Shown: positions 1 to 10,331, numbered from the stretch's first letter. The stretch is 50,492 nucleotides of DNA from Candidatus Bathyarchaeia archaeon (GCA_038883715.1 JAVZLS010000010.1:1-50492); one strand, 5' to 3'. The notes: generated by a model from the sequence alone, not told the origin. Made by a program: numbers and translations.

Positions 1-2
1 GA

Positions 3-332
3 AAATGCCGAAAATGCGGAAAAATCCACCTGCCGCCGAGGCCATTATGCGACAAATGCCTATCAACAGAATTCGAATGGGCTGAAATGCCAAAAACTGG
101 CAAACTCCTAACATATACGATAATCCATGTGGCGCCAACCCAATTCCAAAACGTGGCGCCATACGCTGTAGGTATAATCCAACTAGAAAACGGAGTAAAA
201 ATCCCAGGAATGATAAGAAACGTGCCACTGGACAAAATAAAGGTTGGAATGCCCCTAAAAATGGAATTCGAAGAACCCCAACAGACCCAACAATGGCCCC
301 AATGGCCAAGATACCATTTTGAGCCGCTTTAA
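3..332 (+). CDS. DUF35-family Zn-ribbon/OB-fold protein (5' truncated by window edge)
   Basis: Frame is open from base 3: KCRKCGKIHLPPRPLCDKC (two CxxC) followed by the OB-fold part GKLLTYTIIH...PYAVGIIQLENG. Confidence 0.85.
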   Translation, partial: KCRKCGKIHLPPRPLCDKCLSTEFEWAEMPKTGKLLTYTIIHVAPTQFQNVAPYAVGIIQLENGVKIPGMIRNVPLDKIKVGMPLKMEFEEPQQTQQWPQWPRYHFEPL

Positions 333-336
333 CCGT

Positions 337-663
337 CTATGCCTTACGAACTAGGATTTTCTTCCCCTTTTCAATAGCTTCTTGGATGACGATGCTTTTG
401 TTTTTGAGTTTTTCAAATTCTTTTGGTGTGAATCCGAAGGCTTCGAGCATCACGTCGTGCTTCCAGCTCTTCTGCAATATTAGTATTCTTCTCTCGAAGG
501 GCATTCCCTCAAAATCCTTTGAAACCACTATTAGGTCTATGTCGCTGTCTTTTAGTCTCTCGCCGTAAACTGTTGAGCCGAAGAGGATGGCGAAGTCTAC
601 TTTAATTGGCAAACTTCTTAGGTAGCGTCTCACTTCCTTTTCGATATAAGTTTCTGAAAGCAA
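337..663 (-). CDS. Minimal nucleotidyltransferase (MNT), antitoxin of HEPN-MNT pair
   Basis: LFGSTVYGE...SDIDLIVVS motif; overlaps upstream HEPN gene. Confidence 0.85.
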   Translation of the reverse strand: MLSETYIEKEVRRYLRSLPIKVDFAILFGSTVYGERLKDSDIDLIVVSKDFEGMPFERRILILQKSWKHDVMLEAFGFTPKEFEKLKNKSIVIQEAIEKGKKILVRKA

Positions 664-1031
664 TCGAAAATCCTCCTAGTATTTGTTAGGCATTCTTTTG
701 CAAACTTCTCAGTTATTATTTCGCTGGGCAATCCCATTGCAATGTCTGGGTAACGCGTGATGAAGTAGTAGGGCGATATAAGCGAGAGAAAATCCTTAAG
801 CTCCTCGTCTATTGGAACGTGTTTCTCCAGCGGCTTGTAAAGGGTTGTAAGTTTATGAGTTTTAGCCGGTCTCTTTTTAAGAAGCTCAATTGACAAGCCC
901 TTAAACAATTTTTCTAAGGCCTGTTGGCAGTTAAAAACACAGTCTTCGTAGAAGCCTAGTTCTAAATATTTTCCAGCCTTTGTTAGGCATCTTTTTGCAT
1001 CCTCAATCCACCACGCGGATTCTTCCCTCAT
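630..1031 (-). CDS. HEPN domain protein (toxin of HEPN-MNT pair)
   Basis: F-CQQALEK-FKG, KTHKL and YFITRYPD motifs. Confidence 0.85.
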   Translation of the reverse strand: MREESAWWIEDAKRCLTKAGKYLELGFYEDCVFNCQQALEKLFKGLSIELLKKRPAKTHKLTTLYKPLEKHVPIDEELKDFLSLISPYYFITRYPDIAMGLPSEIITEKFAKECLTNTRRIFDCFQKLISKRK

Positions 1032-1091
1032 CAGCCTCTTTCTCCATAAATAATTCGCCGGGTTTTATTCTGAAATAGTCTCTGCTTTCTA

Positions 1092-1778
1092 TTAAACACT
1101 TTTGGAAGTGTTAATTTGCTCTATTAGGGTTGGTATGTCCGTTATTGTTGTTATTATGTAGTTGGCTCCAGCGTCTGCCAATTCTTTTGGCGCTGACATG
1201 CCTGTTGGCAAGGCTACGGCTATTACGCCAAGCTCTTTAGCACATTTCATGTCTGCTGGGCTGTCTCCCACGACTAAAGCCTCTTTCGGGTTTACTCCCA
1301 GCGCTTTTAATGTGGCTTCCAAGTGCTCTGTGTTGGGTTTAACATTTCTAACATCGTCTCGCGTGGTCACAGCATCGAAAAACTCGCCTATCTTGAATTT
1401 TTTAAGGATGTAGTCTACTGATTTTTGGCTGTTGACGGTGCATATGCCAACCCTTAAGCCCATATCTTTTAAGGCTTTTAGAATTTCCTTCACGCCAGGT
1501 TGGAGGCTTGTGGTTTTTGCGGCTTCCAACTCGTGTTTTTCGGCTATTGCCAAGGCTTTTCTGCGGACTTCTTCTATTTTGGCCGTTGTTTTTCCGTTGT
1601 TTTTCATGAAAATTTCCATCTTCTTCAGCATTTCAAATATGCTTTCATTTATGGATAGGACTGATGCTGGCATACCTTCCTTTATTAGGATGCTTCTAAC
1701 TTCGGCTCTCACCGCTCTGAAATCAATGTTGAATTTGACTATTGTTCCGTCTAGGTCGAAGACAACAGCCCTAATCAT
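1092..1778 (-). CDS. HAD-superfamily hydrolase (phosphoglycolate phosphatase-like)
   Basis: FDLDGT motif I, KP motif, VGDSPAD motif IV. Confidence 0.9.
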   Translation of the reverse strand: MIRAVVFDLDGTIVKFNIDFRAVRAEVRSILIKEGMPASVLSINESIFEMLKKMEIFMKNNGKTTAKIEEVRRKALAIAEKHELEAAKTTSLQPGVKEILKALKDMGLRVGICTVNSQKSVDYILKKFKIGEFFDAVTTRDDVRNVKPNTEHLEATLKALGVNPKEALVVGDSPADMKCAKELGVIAVALPTGMSAPKELADAGANYIITTITDIPTLIEQINTSKSV

Positions 1779-1912
1779 CGCTTTAGCCCTTTTGAATTTG
1801 TAGCCTAAAAGCTTCGCTGGAAATAAACTTTACCGAGAATTATTTAGGCAGATTTCAGCAAAACTTATCCTATATGCGCCCTATCTTTTCTCGGTGTGGC
1901 AGTTCCATGGGC

Positions 1913-2464
1913 ATGGAAGTTTTTGAGGCTGTTCAGAAGAGGCGCTCAATAAGAGCCTATGAGTCAACACCCGTTCCAATGGATAAGCTTATGCGGGTTT
2001 TAGAGGCTGGTAGGCTTGCGCCTTCAGCCGGTAACATTCAGCCCTGGCACTTCGTAGTTGTTACTGATGCTGAGAAACGGGAGAGGCTTGCCCAAGGCAT
2101 GTTTGCAAAGTTTCTCAAAGAGGCGCCTGTTGTCATTGTTGGTTGCGGCGACCAGAAGGCTTCTCCCAAATGGTTTATGGTGGATGTTGCCATAGCCATG
2201 CAAAACATGGTTTTAACAGCCACAAGCATGGGGCTTGGAACATGCTGGGTTGGAAGCTTCGATGAAAGCCAAGTGCGCGAATTACTGAAAATTCCGGAAA
2301 ACTACCGTGTTGTGGCACTATTAGCATTGGGCTATCCAAGAGAGAAATTTGACTTAACGGGCAAAGTGCTTCACCTAGTTAGGCGCCGTAAACCCCTAGA
2401 AAAAGTTGTAAGCTTTGAGGAGTTTGGAAGAAAGCTCCAACACGTCGGGTGCTCTGGAGAGTAA
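1913..2464 (+). CDS. Nitroreductase family protein
   Basis: KRRSIRAY, APSAGNIQPW and GLGTCWVG motifs; start placed at MEVFEAV. Confidence 0.9.
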   Translation: MEVFEAVQKRRSIRAYESTPVPMDKLMRVLEAGRLAPSAGNIQPWHFVVVTDAEKRERLAQGMFAKFLKEAPVVIVGCGDQKASPKWFMVDVAIAMQNMVLTATSMGLGTCWVGSFDESQVRELLKIPENYRVVALLALGYPREKFDLTGKVLHLVRRRKPLEKVVSFEEFGRKLQHVGCSGE

Positions 2465-2506
2465 ACTGAATAACCAACCTTCGCGAATATTCCTTTATGA
2501 TGGGTT

Positions 2507-2734
2507 ATGAGTCTTGAAGAATACGCCAAAGAGAAGCTTTGGCCTATACTTGTGGAGACTGTTCACGCCATGGTCATGTATCCTCATCATAAAGCTTACA
2601 CGAGGGATGTTCTGCTTCATGAAAAGCCGGATATTACGCCTACTGAGCTTGCATCTAGACTTGGCATCCCCCTAGGCGAAGCGTTGGTAATCCTATACGA
2701 GCTGAAAAATGAAAGGAAAGGTGTAAGGTCTTAA
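2507..2734 (+). CDS. Small hypothetical protein with possible C-terminal HTH
   Basis: 75 aa ORF; ITPTELASRLGIPLGEALVIL is HTH-like. Confidence 0.6.
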   Translation: MSLEEYAKEKLWPILVETVHAMVMYPHHKAYTRDVLLHEKPDITPTELASRLGIPLGEALVILYELKNERKGVRS

Positions 2735-3531
2735 GGTTCTGTTACCATTCTGACGGTTGCCAAAATTAGGATTGTGCCGAGTAGCACTTTTAGGATTTCC
2801 TTTTCCACAACTCCAGCGTAGGATGCGCCTATGAAGGCTCCTAGCACTGAGCCTATGCCCATGGCTATAGCTATTATTGTGGCGTTTCTGTTCATGTGCC
2901 CCATGTTATGATGCTTAAAAAAGCCAGAAGCCACAGTCGGTATAGAAACTAGGAGACTGGCTGTTCCAGCTGCAACTATGTCTAGGCTGAAAACATATAT
3001 GAGGGCTGGAATTCGGAATTCGCCGCCAGCAACCCCGAGGGTTCCGGAAACGATGCCTATCACCAAACCAATCAGAGCTGCTAATAGGACTTCTTCCAAA
3101 AAACCAAGAGCTATGGTGAACGTGAACGGGATTTGGATGAAGGGTTCAAGCCCAATTTTTAAGCCGACAATTATGAGGAAGGCTGCCAAAAGCCTCTTCA
3201 ACGGTTTTTCTGGAATCTTGTCCGTTAAAATTGCTCCAACGTAGGCTCCGATAATTGATGTTATAGACATGGTTAGGGCTATGTTGACGCTGTGTCCATT
3301 TAACAAGCCCAGCTGGAAACGCCTAAGAAACGAGACCACCACTGTCAGTAAGCCGACGAGTAGGTTTACGGCTATGGCCGTCACCACCGGAAGTTCAATA
3401 ACATAGAGCAGTATGGGTGTTCTGAACTCGCCTCCGCCTACGCCTATTAGTCCAGCCGCTGCGCCTAAAAGAATGCTAAATATAAAGGCTGCTGAAATTT
3501 TGCTTTTGGATAGTGGCGTTTCTTTGTTTAT
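2731..3531 (-). CDS. Sulfite exporter TauE/SafE (TSUP) family membrane protein
   Basis: Two internal repeats GLIGVGGGEFRTP and GTLGVAGGEFRIP. The first lies upstream of the track start (3387), so the gene is extended to an ATA at 3531 behind a GAGGAG. Confidence 0.8.
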   Translation of the reverse strand: MNKETPLSKSKISAAFIFSILLGAAAGLIGVGGGEFRTPILLYVIELPVVTAIAVNLLVGLLTVVVSFLRRFQLGLLNGHSVNIALTMSITSIIGAYVGAILTDKIPEKPLKRLLAAFLIIVGLKIGLEPFIQIPFTFTIALGFLEEVLLAALIGLVIGIVSGTLGVAGGEFRIPALIYVFSLDIVAAGTASLLVSIPTVASGFFKHHNMGHMNRNATIIAIAMGIGSVLGAFIGASYAGVVEKEILKVLLGTILILATVRMVTEP

Positions 3532-3610
3532 TGTGTTTCTCTCCTCGTTGTGTTTCAGTATTCATATCGAAATAAGCTTATAAACCTAACGTAGCAAATA
3601 CCAAAACAAA

Positions 3611-3949
3611 ATGCAAAACCAGAAAAAACACAAATTGTCCTTCAAAATATGGTTGGAACATCATGGAAAACCCCTCATAGGCAAGGGTGGCGCCCAAATC
3701 CTAGAACAAATAGAAAAGGAGCACTCCATATCAAAAGCCGCCAAAAAACTTGGCATGTCTTATCGTTACGTTTGGAGCTACATAAAAAGGGTTGAGAAAA
3801 CGCTTAGCAAGCCCATACTGGAAACTTATAGGGGAGGCAGAAAGGGCGGAGGCGGCGCAAAACTCACAAGTTTTGGTAAGGCTCTTTTAGAAGAGTATAG
3901 ACGTGTGGAAAACTTACTGGATAAGGTGCTTGCAGAAATTAGCCAATAA
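3611..3949 (+). CDS. ModE-family winged-helix transcription regulator
   Basis: SISKAAKKLGMSYRYVW...GGRKGGGAKLT motif. Confidence 0.85.
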   Translation: MQNQKKHKLSFKIWLEHHGKPLIGKGGAQILEQIEKEHSISKAAKKLGMSYRYVWSYIKRVEKTLSKPILETYRGGRKGGGGAKLTSFGKALLEEYRRVENLLDKVLAEISQ

Positions 3950-3964
3950 AAGCGCTTATGTGCA

Positions 3965-4516
3965 TTATTCTACTACATATCTGTAGGCTATGTGTTCGCC
4001 GGCTGTTGGGCTTTTACGGATTATTCGTAGTATGTCGCCTGGTTTTGCGCCTATGGCTTTTGCTGCTGGGTCTGAAGCCTTTATTTGTGGCAGCTGGTAC
4101 GGTTTTACCCTATATTGGGCTAGGACTTTTTCTCGTTCTTCTGGTGTTAGGATTTCGTGTTTTGGCACGAGCTTGTGCTCGAATATATCGAAGACCGGGA
4201 AGGTTTTTGGCAGAAGCTCTATGTGCTTTTTCTTTGCTGTTTGTTTTGCGGCGTTGGTGTAGCGGCCGCTTGCTATTAGGATTCCATGTTCCATTTCAGC
4301 TTCTTTCATGGCTTTTGCCATGCGGTTTATGGTTAGTATGCCAACGGTTTCGTCTGGAACACACCATATTAGGATTTTCTTTTTCTCCTCTTTTGGGGCT
4401 TCGACAACGTAGCTTGCTACTTCTTTGACTTTTTCCTTTTTGATGAGTTTGTAGCCCCTAAGCTTGATTAGAATTTTTGCCTTTCGTTCTTCTAGGGTTT
4501 CTTCCTCAACACTCAA
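3965..4516 (-). CDS. rpo5: DNA-directed RNA polymerase subunit Rpo5 (H) with N-terminal extension
   Basis: C-terminal [10 protein letters not shown]...LPQIKASDP...[18 protein letters not shown]; likely TTG start at 4516. Confidence 0.9.
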   Translation of the reverse strand: MSVEEETLEERKAKILIKLRGYKLIKKEKVKEVASYVVEAPKEEKKKILIWCVPDETVGILTINRMAKAMKEAEMEHGILIASGRYTNAAKQTAKKKHIELLPKTFPVFDIFEHKLVPKHEILTPEEREKVLAQYRVKPYQLPQIKASDPAAKAIGAKPGDILRIIRKSPTAGEHIAYRYVVE

Positions 4517-4651
4517 ACCGTTAAACCTCTCGTATCTGAACTGAGCATTCGAATCCTTAACGGGTTGAACCTTTAAACTTTGCGCTTCGCCAAAGCTTAA
4601 AACCAAGCCTTACATATTTAACTGTTCTAGGCTGGATGAGGGTGTCGGGAG

Positions 4652-6100
4652 ATGGCTGTTGATTTTGGAAAGTTAGCCCTTGAAGAAGCTGCAAAGAGGG
4701 GTGCATCCTACGCTGACATTAGAATCAGCGAAATCTTAAACGAAAACTTGACTGTGAAGAATGGTGAACCAGAAACAATTTCCTATTCGCAGATGCGCGG
4801 TTTCGGTGTAAGAGTAATCGTTGACGGCGCTTGGGGTTTTGCCGGCTCGGTGGACATAACCAATGATGAAGTTAGGCGTTGTGTTGAGAAGGCTGTTAGC
4901 ATAGCAAAAGCCAGTGCCATGCTTAAGAAGAGGGACGTAACCCTAGTGAAGGAGAAGGTTTACCGCGAGAAGTACGCCACAACTTTCAAGAAAGACCCGT
5001 TTAAAGTGCCATTGGAGGAAAAGCTGAAGGTTCTTGTTGAGGCTAGCCGCTTCTTGAAGGATTTTTCGCCTTTGGTGAATGTTTCCTACGCCCATTATAG
5101 GGGTTACCGCGAAAACAAGCTTTTCATGAGCAGCGAAGGCGCAGAAATAAACCAGCAGATTACATGGTGTGGCGGCGGAATATCAGCCATAGCCATCAAG
5201 GGCTCCGAAGTGCAGATAAGGTCTTATCCATCAGCTTTTAGGGGGGATTTCGCCACCTGCGGCTACGAGTTTTTCGAGTCTTTAGCCCTAATGGACCATG
5301 CAAAAACTGTTGGAGAGGAGCTTATCCAACTTTTTGAGGCTGAAATGTGTCCTTCTGGCGAGATGGACCTAATCTTGTGCGGTGACCAGTTGGCTTTGCA
5401 GATTCATGAGAGCTGTGGGCATCCCACAGAACTTGACCGTGTATTGGGAACAGAGGCGGACTATGCTGGAACTAGCTTCCTAACCCCTGAAAAGCTTGGA
5501 AAATTCCGCTATGGCTCTGAAAATGTGAATATTGTAGCTGACGCCACTGTGCCGCTGGGACTTGGAACCTTCGGCTTCGACGATGAAGGAACAAAGGCAA
5601 AAAAGGTTTACCTTGTAAGGAGGGGGATTTTTGTCGGCTATCAGAGTTCACGCGAGACAGCCGCCCAGCTTGGGCTTAAGGAGAGCAGCGGAGGCATGAG
5701 GGCTGACTCGCCCTTGGCTTTGCCCATAATCCGAATGACCAACATTAATTTGCTTCCGGGCGACTACAAGGCTAAAGAAATAGTTGAGGATACCAGCAAG
5801 GGTGTTTTGATGATGACGAACCGTTCATGGAGCATTGATGACAAGCGCATAAACTTCCAGTTCGGCACAGAGATAGGCTGGCTGATAAAAAATGGGAGCC
5901 GCGAGAAGATGGTTAAGAACCCAACTTATATGGGGGTGACGCCCCAGTTCTGGGGTTCCTGCGACGCCGTAAGCAGGGATGACTGGAAGATGTGGGGCAC
6001 TCCAAACTGTGGCAAAGGCGTGCCAGGACAGGTCATGTATGTTGGGCATGGATGTGGCACCGCCCGCTTCAGAAAGGTCCGTGTTGGATTAATAAGGTAA
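4652..6100 (+). CDS. tldD: TldD-family metalloprotease
   Basis: HESCGHPTE Zn motif, DDEG, RMTN and CGKG motifs. Confidence 0.9.
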   Translation: MAVDFGKLALEEAAKRGASYADIRISEILNENLTVKNGEPETISYSQMRGFGVRVIVDGAWGFAGSVDITNDEVRRCVEKAVSIAKASAMLKKRDVTLVKEKVYREKYATTFKKDPFKVPLEEKLKVLVEASRFLKDFSPLVNVSYAHYRGYRENKLFMSSEGAEINQQITWCGGGISAIAIKGSEVQIRSYPSAFRGDFATCGYEFFESLALMDHAKTVGEELIQLFEAEMCPSGEMDLILCGDQLALQIHESCGHPTELDRVLGTEADYAGTSFLTPEKLGKFRYGSENVNIVADATVPLGLGTFGFDDEGTKAKKVYLVRRGIFVGYQSSRETAAQLGLKESSGGMRADSPLALPIIRMTNINLLPGDYKAKEIVEDTSKGVLMMTNRSWSIDDKRINFQFGTEIGWLIKNGSREKMVKNPTYMGVTPQFWGSCDAVSRDDWKMWGTPNCGKGVPGQVMYVGHGCGTARFRKVRVGLIR

Positions 6101-6116
6101 GAGGAGAGGATGGAGA

Positions 6117-7490
6117 ATGGATGTTGAAAGGTTGAGGGAAATAGCTGAAAAAACTGTTGAGTATGCGTTAAAACAGAAGGTTAGCCAAGCCCAAGCTGTG
6201 GCGTTTATGATTGACAATGCCTTAACACGCTTTGCAAACTCGCAGATTCACCAGAACGTTGCCCAAAAAATGGGCGGTGTATCCATCAAGGTTGTTTTAG
6301 ATCAGCGGATAAGTACTGTTCAGGCTAATACGCTTGAGGAAAAGGGCATAAGGGAGGCTGTGGAGCAAGCCGTCAAAATTGCAAAGGCTTCATCGCCCAA
6401 CAAGGAGTTTAAGAGTCTTCCAGAACCAGAAGCTTGGAAACCATTGCGAGGAGCCTTTGACAAGGATACTGCCGAGTGCACGCCAAAATATAGGGCTGAA
6501 AGGGTTAGGGAAGCCATAAACACAGCCCACGCCAAATCGCCAAAAGTAGCTGCCGTTGCTGGATACCTATCAACTGGTTCGTTGGGCTATGCCGTTGCAA
6601 ACTCGCTGGGGGTTTCAGCATGGGCTCAGCTTTCATTGGCTTACATGAAGACTACGGTTATATCAAAAGATGGGGAATCCGAAGGCTTCGGCGCAGCCCA
6701 ACAATATTCCAGAAGGGTTAAAGACATCAAGCCTTCAGCTTTGGCTGAAGACGCCGCCGATAAGTCTGTTCGTAGCCTACACCCGGTGAAGGTTGAGCCC
6801 GGCGAGTATGAAGTTGTTTTGTCGCCCTTGGCTGTGTCCGTTCTTTTGGATTATATGGGCTATGTTGGCTTTTCAGCCAAAGCTTACCAGGATGGGCAGT
6901 CCTTCGTCAAATATGTGGCAAACCAGCAAGTCTTTGGTAATAAGCTGAACGTTGTTGACGACGCCAGAAACCCGAAAACACTGTATGCCGTGCCAGTTGA
7001 CGGCGAAGGAGTTCCCAAGAAACCCCTAGAACTCATAACCAACGGCGTAGTTTCAGAGAAAAGCATATGCTACAACTCTTTCACAGCGGGAAGAGAAGGA
7101 AAGAAAAGCACTGGGCATGCGCTTCCGCCATTAGGCGACTATTTCGGCGAGATGCCGCTGCCCTACAACATGATAATGAAGCCCGGAGACGCCACGTTGG
7201 AGGAGGCAATTGCGGAAACAAAGCACGGCATATTCGTCACAACCTTCCACTACGTCAACCCAGTCGAGCCAACGAAACTTGTATTGACTGGGCTGACTCG
7301 GGATGGAACCTTCCTAATAGAGAAGGGCGAGATAACAAAGCCCATTGTTAATTTGCGCTTCACAGACAGCATGCTTTCGGCTTTAAAGGAAATTCCAATG
7401 ATTGGAAAAGAGCTTGTAACCCTTGAAACCTCAACAGTGCCGATGGTTAAGCTGAAAAAACTGCGCTTCGTAGGCGTATCAGCCTACTAG
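6117..7490 (+). CDS. tldE: TldE/PmbA-family protein
   Basis: TRFANSQIHQN, DGEG, STGHA and LTGLTRDG motifs; no HExxxH; follows tldD. Confidence 0.85.
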   Translation: MDVERLREIAEKTVEYALKQKVSQAQAVAFMIDNALTRFANSQIHQNVAQKMGGVSIKVVLDQRISTVQANTLEEKGIREAVEQAVKIAKASSPNKEFKSLPEPEAWKPLRGAFDKDTAECTPKYRAERVREAINTAHAKSPKVAAVAGYLSTGSLGYAVANSLGVSAWAQLSLAYMKTTVISKDGESEGFGAAQQYSRRVKDIKPSALAEDAADKSVRSLHPVKVEPGEYEVVLSPLAVSVLLDYMGYVGFSAKAYQDGQSFVKYVANQQVFGNKLNVVDDARNPKTLYAVPVDGEGVPKKPLELITNGVVSEKSICYNSFTAGREGKKSTGHALPPLGDYFGEMPLPYNMIMKPGDATLEEAIAETKHGIFVTTFHYVNPVEPTKLVLTGLTRDGTFLIEKGEITKPIVNLRFTDSMLSALKEIPMIGKELVTLETSTVPMVKLKKLRFVGVSAY

Positions 7491-7507
7491 CCCGCTTCCT
7501 CATTTTT

Positions 7508-8185
7508 CTAAACGCGGAGAACAACATTCTCCACGTATTTTCTCAAGGTTTCGGCAAACCCAGCAATGACATCTGACGGGTATGGTTTTAGATTTTTGTA
7601 TTCTTCGCTTAGTGTGTCGCCGGGTATAAACTGTTGAAGCGCGTAGGCTTTTGCGCCTTTCGCGGTTTCGCCCATGCGGATTACGTCTGCTTCTTCCACA
7701 ATTTTTGGCACAACAGTGGTTCTGAACTCGTATTCTATTTTGCCGCTTCTCAATATTTCGATGGTTTTTAGGAGCGCCGCCGTGTCCTTTGCCCCTAGAA
7801 GGTGGTATTTTTCCGGCGATGTTTTAATGTCCAAAGCCACGTAATCCACGTAGGGGAGGCACTGCTCCAAAACTGTGGGGTTTAAGCCGTTAGTGTCAAG
7901 TTTTACTGCGAAGCCTCGTTCCTTCAGCTTTTTTAGGAAGCGGGGCAGCTCCTTATGGATGGTTGGCTCCCCACCGGTGACGACGACGGCGTCCACATAT
8001 TTTCTGCGTTCATCCAGTATTTGGAGGGCTGTCTCCTCATTTAGGAATGGGGGTTTTGGGTCGACAACTATTCGCCAGTTGTAACAGTAGGGACAGCGCA
8101 TGTTACAGCCAGGCGTAAAAAGCACAGAGGCTATTTTTTCGGGATAGTCTATTAGGCTTGTTTTTTGTATGCCGCTGAACTTCAT
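7508..8185 (-). CDS. nrdG: Anaerobic ribonucleotide reductase activating enzyme (radical SAM)
   Basis: GCNMRCPYCYN (CxxxCxxC), TGGEPT, KLDTNG; follows nrdD. Confidence 0.92.
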   Translation of the reverse strand: MKFSGIQKTSLIDYPEKIASVLFTPGCNMRCPYCYNWRIVVDPKPPFLNEETALQILDERRKYVDAVVVTGGEPTIHKELPRFLKKLKERGFAVKLDTNGLNPTVLEQCLPYVDYVALDIKTSPEKYHLLGAKDTAALLKTIEILRSGKIEYEFRTTVVPKIVEEADVIRMGETAKGAKAYALQQFIPGDTLSEEYKNLKPYPSDVIAGFAETLRKYVENVVLRV

Positions 8186-8192
8186 GGGCGGA

Positions 8193-10325
8193 TCACGCGC
8201 TGCCTGCTGACACTGTTGCTGGTGGCAAGACAGCGGCTTTCTCAAAGGTTTTTCTGATGGTGAATTCGGCTTGTTTGCCGTCGTTCCACTGGTCTACTGG
8301 GCGTAGGTAGCCAACAACTCTTGAGTAGACTTCGCAGTTAGCTCCGCATTTTGGACACTGCCTATGCTCGCCGCTCAAGTAGCCATGGGTTGGGCATATG
8401 CTGAAGGTGGGCGTTAATGTGAAGTAGGGTAGGCGGAAGTTCCAAGCCACTTTTCGAACCAGCTCGGCTGCAGCCTTCCATGAGTAGAGCCTCTCGCCAA
8501 GGTAGATGTGGAAGACTGTTCCGCCAGTGTAGAGCGTCTGAAGCCTATCCTGATGCTCCAAAGCCTCGAACAAGTCTGCCTCGTGGTCTACTGGAAGCTG
8601 GGAGGAATTCGTGTAGAAGGGTTCCGCGCCCTTATCCAAATACCTTTCATTAGCCGCCTTAATGTCCGGGTATTTGCGCTTGTCTATTCGTGCCAGCCTA
8701 TAGCTGGCGCCTTCTGCGGGCGTTGCCTCTAAATTGTAAATGTTGCCCGTCTCTTCCTGAAAGTCTGCGAGTTTCTCTCTCATGAAGTTCAGCACTTTTA
8801 CGGCGAACTCCAACCCGTCGGGCGTTGCGATGCCATAGCCAAACAGGTTCAGTATAGCCTCGTTCATGCCCACCAAGCCTATTGTTGAGAAGTGGTTCTT
8901 CCAGTACTTTCCAAAGGTTTCCTTAACGCCCCTAAGATAGCGTCTAGAATATGGGTACAAGCCCTTCTCTGTGAACTGTTCTAGGGCTTTACGCTTTATT
9001 TCCAGGCTGTCTTTGGCTAGCTCCATAAGCGCTTCTAGGCGTTCGAAGAATTCGTCCTCGTTTTTGGCTAGGTAGCCAATCCTTGGAAGGTTTAGGGTTA
9101 CAACTCCTATACTGCCGGTCAGCGGGTTAGCCCCGAAGAAGCCTCCGCCCCGCTTTCTTAGTTCGCGGTTGTCTATGCGTAGGCGGCAGCACATGCTTCG
9201 GACGTCTTCCGGCTTCATGTCGCTGTTAACAAAGTTTGAGAAGTATGGCGCCCCGTACTTGGCTGCAACCTCAAAAATTTTCTGGGAAACCGGCGAATCC
9301 CAGTCAAAATCCTTCGTTATACAGTAAGTTGGTATTGGAAACGTGAAGACTCTTCCTTTGGCGTCGCCTTCGCCGAGAACCTTTGCGAAGGCAATGTTGA
9401 ACATCTCCATCTCCTTTTCCATGTCGCCGTATGTGGCGTCCATGACCTTTCCGCCAATTACTACTGGCTCGTCCTTCATGAATTCTGGAACCTTCAAGTC
9501 CAATGTGACGTTTGTGAAGGGCGTCTGAAAGCCAACCCGTGTCGGCACGTTCATGTTGAAGAAGAACTCCTGAAACGACTGCTCCACCTCTTTCTGGCTA
9601 AGTCCGTCATAACGTATGAAGGGCGCCAAATAAGTGTCAAAGTTTGAGAAGGCTTGGGCTCCCGCAGCCTCGCCCTGCAATGTGTAGAAGAAGTTCACCA
9701 CTTGTCCAAGGGCTGTTCTGAAATGTTTAGCTGGGACGCTCTCAATTTTCCCAGGGACTCCGCCGAAGCCTGTTAAAAGTAGGTCTTTGATGTCCCAGCC
9801 CACACAGTAGGGTCCAAGAACGCCTAGGTCGTGGATGTGGAAGTCTCCTGAAAAGTGGGCGTCTGCAATTCTTGGCGGATAAATCCGCGTAATCCAGTAT
9901 TTGGCGATAACTGTGGATGATAGGTAGTTGTTTAAGCCCTGCAGCGAATAGCTCATGTTGGAGTTTTCCTTAACCCTCCAATCTTCCATGTCAAGGTATT
10001 GGTCCACAAGGTCTGCTTGGCTTAGGAGTCCAGCCAACTCCCTTATGTCCTGGTGCTGTTTACGATAGAGGATGTAGGCTTTGGCTGTTCTTGCATGTCC
10101 ATTCTCTATGAGAATTTTTTCCACAACATCTTGGATTTCCTCAACCGTTGGGACGCCGTCTTCCCCGAAGCGCCTTTTAAGCTCAGCCACAACCTGATCG
10201 CTTAGCCGTTTTGCTAGTTCACGGTCTTTCCCGCCTACGGCTTTGGCTGCCTTCCAAATGGCATTTGTTATCCGCTCCTGGTCGAAGGGTTCTAACCTAC
10301 CATCCCGCTTCCTAACAAACTTCAT
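8193..10325 (-). CDS. nrdD: Class III anaerobic ribonucleoside-triphosphate reductase with N-terminal ATP-cone
   Basis: VRKRDG ATP-cone, SMCCRL finger loop, CPTHG/CPKCG Zn site, YSRVVGYLRP glycyl-radical motif. Confidence 0.95.
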   Translation of the reverse strand: MKFVRKRDGRLEPFDQERITNAIWKAAKAVGGKDRELAKRLSDQVVAELKRRFGEDGVPTVEEIQDVVEKILIENGHARTAKAYILYRKQHQDIRELAGLLSQADLVDQYLDMEDWRVKENSNMSYSLQGLNNYLSSTVIAKYWITRIYPPRIADAHFSGDFHIHDLGVLGPYCVGWDIKDLLLTGFGGVPGKIESVPAKHFRTALGQVVNFFYTLQGEAAGAQAFSNFDTYLAPFIRYDGLSQKEVEQSFQEFFFNMNVPTRVGFQTPFTNVTLDLKVPEFMKDEPVVIGGKVMDATYGDMEKEMEMFNIAFAKVLGEGDAKGRVFTFPIPTYCITKDFDWDSPVSQKIFEVAAKYGAPYFSNFVNSDMKPEDVRSMCCRLRIDNRELRKRGGGFFGANPLTGSIGVVTLNLPRIGYLAKNEDEFFERLEALMELAKDSLEIKRKALEQFTEKGLYPYSRRYLRGVKETFGKYWKNHFSTIGLVGMNEAILNLFGYGIATPDGLEFAVKVLNFMREKLADFQEETGNIYNLEATPAEGASYRLARIDKRKYPDIKAANERYLDKGAEPFYTNSSQLPVDHEADLFEALEHQDRLQTLYTGGTVFHIYLGERLYSWKAAAELVRKVAWNFRLPYFTLTPTFSICPTHGYLSGEHRQCPKCGANCEVYSRVVGYLRPVDQWNDGKQAEFTIRKTFEKAAVLPPATVSAGSA

Positions 10326-10331
10326 TTCAGT

